64,000 nt of DNA from positions 2,170,001 through 2,234,000 of the forward strand of contig OX597832.1 in the NCBI GenBank assembly GCA_951406725.2, in the 5' to 3' direction. Both the position numbers and the translations under genes were made by a program. The notes beneath the pieces were generated by a model, which saw only the letters and a program-made list of their open reading frames with translations, ran no database searches and was not told the origin of the DNA. Source of the stretch: Octopus vulgaris (Eukaryota). Shown here one piece after another: positions 62,182 to 64,000 of this stretch (position 1 is its first letter; each line of letters starts with the position of its first letter).

Positions 62182-64000
62182 CATCATCATCATCATGATC
62201 ATCGTTTAACGTCCGCCTTCCATGCTACAATGGGTGGGACAGTTTCACAAGAGCCAGCCAGCCAGAAGCCTGCACCAGACTTCTGTGACTGTTTTGGCAG
62301 GATTTTTTACATCTGGATGCCCTTCCTAACACCGAGTGGACTTAGTGCTTTTTACATGGCATAAGCACAGGTGAGGTCAGTAGTGCTTTTTACATGGCAC
62401 AAGCACAGGCAAGGTCAGTTTTGGCCAAGTTTTTACAGCTCGATGCCCTTCCAAACACCAACCATTTTACAGTGTAGACTGGGTGTTTTTAAGTAGTACC
62501 TGCACTGACAGGGTCACTAAGTACTTGCAAGACATAAAACAAAAATCTTTCAAGAGGGGAGGTGATTTTGTGTCGGATGATGAAAGGTTATAGTGAAGCA
62601 GAAACAGGTGTCTTGCTGTAGAGGAAGTACAAGGTTACCTGGCCAGAGAGAGAGAGAGAGATCAGGAATGAAGACAGAAACAGGTGCACTACCACAAAGG
62701 AAATACATAGTTACCCAACCTGTGGGAAGTGCAGGAGAAGGAAAGAGAAAGTGGGAGATGGTGGTAGAGATGGTGGTAGAGATGGTGGTAGAGATGGTGG
62801 TAGAGATGGTGGTGGAGATGGAACAAGGATCAGAATATAAATGGGATGGTTGAGTAAAGGAAGAGAGAGATATAGATGATGGCAAGTGCCAGGGCATACC
62901 CTTGAGGTTCAAATGCCATAATATAAGTGGCATGATATTGTGAAGGAAGTGTGATTGAAGAGTGCAAATAAGTGGCAAAAAACCTGAGTATATATAGAGT
63001 CAAGGGGGCTACCAGATAGCAATGATACAGAGGAACAGGGCCATGAGGACAGGATTGGGGAGTGAGAGCTAGGCTTAGTGTATGAAGGAGGAAATATGAG
63101 AAAGAGATGTGAAGATGTAGATTGGTTTGTTGGGGTAGGGTAAGTGAAAAGTTTTCTTGTTACTTGCGGGTGAAACACACAGGTTTGGGGCTAGCAGATA
63201 GCAGTAATACAGTGAGACAGGGTATGTAGGTAGAACACACATGTCAGGGGCAAGTGGAGAGCAATGATACAGTGGCACAGGGCTAAGAGGATAGGATTGG
63301 GGAGAGGAGGTAAGCATAGTGTATGAAGAAGAAATGTGAGGAAGAGAAGAGATATAGAGATGTAGATTGGTTTGTTATGTGAGAAGTTTTCTTAAGTGTG
63401 GGTGGGACACACAGCGCTTCTAGAACGCTGACATGTGCGGGTCTTCTCAAGAACTTCATATCACCAGACATCTTGCTCCATTGTCATTTCCTCCATGAGG
63501 CCCAGCTTCCTGAGATTGGTCCTTACCACTTCATCCCATATCTTCCTGGGTCTCCCTCTTCCATGGGTACCATCCATTTTCAGCAATCAACACTTCTTTA
63601 TGCAGCTGTCCTCATTCATTTGCATCACATGTCAAAACCAATGTAGTCTTCTCTCTTGCATGTTATATTTGATTCCTCTTATACTCAACTTTTTTCTCAA
63701 TACATTTGCACTTTGCCATACATGTGCACTGATGTTGCACATCTGACAGAGCATACTACCTTCATTTCTCTCTAGTCTACACATGTCTTCTGCATTCAGA
63801 GCCCATGTCTCACTGCCATGGAGTATAGCTGTTTGCACACAAGCATCATATGGTCTACCTTTCACTCTGAGAGAGTCCTTTTGTTGCCAACAGAAGTAAT
63901 TGCTCTCTGGACTTCCTCTACCCAATTCTTATTCTAGAAACAATACTTTTCAGAGTATCCTCCACCATTATTAATTTGGTCACCTAGGTAACAGAAACTA
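62182..64000 (-). mobile_element. RTE-clade LINE 3' part with a long repeat-containing 3' UTR; runs off the window
   Basis: SFCYLGDQI, YDACVQTAILHGSETW, LERNE, QERRLHWF. The UTR has a ~245-bp duplication (63014-63160 versus 63258-63400), (GAGATGGTGGTA)n at 62755-62822 and a (GAT)n tail. Continuity of UTR and ORF is inferred. Confidence 0.75.

Overview
Eukaryotic, AT-rich, repeat-dominated genomic DNA. The SINE and MITE families resemble those I recall from Octopus-type cephalopod genomes; this is an inference, not a database result. No intact host gene is confidently visible, and almost every long ORF in the track is a microsatellite artefact or a transposon relic. Recognisable DNA transposons: several mariner relics and MITEs, a full-length decayed hAT (Buster/Charlie type, perfect 8-bp TSD, 38180-41462) and a non-autonomous Helitron. 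Recognisable retroelements: Tx1/L1, CR1/Jockey-group and RTE LINE fragments, many tRNA-headed SINEs, and at least five Penelope-like (PLE) fragments. Four observations stand out. (1) A young Neptune-type PLE (23185-27112, minus) has a ~3-kb 3' region of degenerate (CA)n that carries two GC-rich multi-hairpin islands and ends in a minimal hammerhead-like motif. (2) Fold-back or template-switch structures recur from 13 to ~250 bp, including a 2-kb cluster with a non-canonical tRNA-like cloverleaf. (3) A PLE GIY-YIG relic appears split by a ~190-codon Thr/Asp repeat. (4) CpG depletion begins sharply near 56.6 kb, suggesting a methylated gene body, with speculative minus-strand exons at 59.0-60.2 kb.
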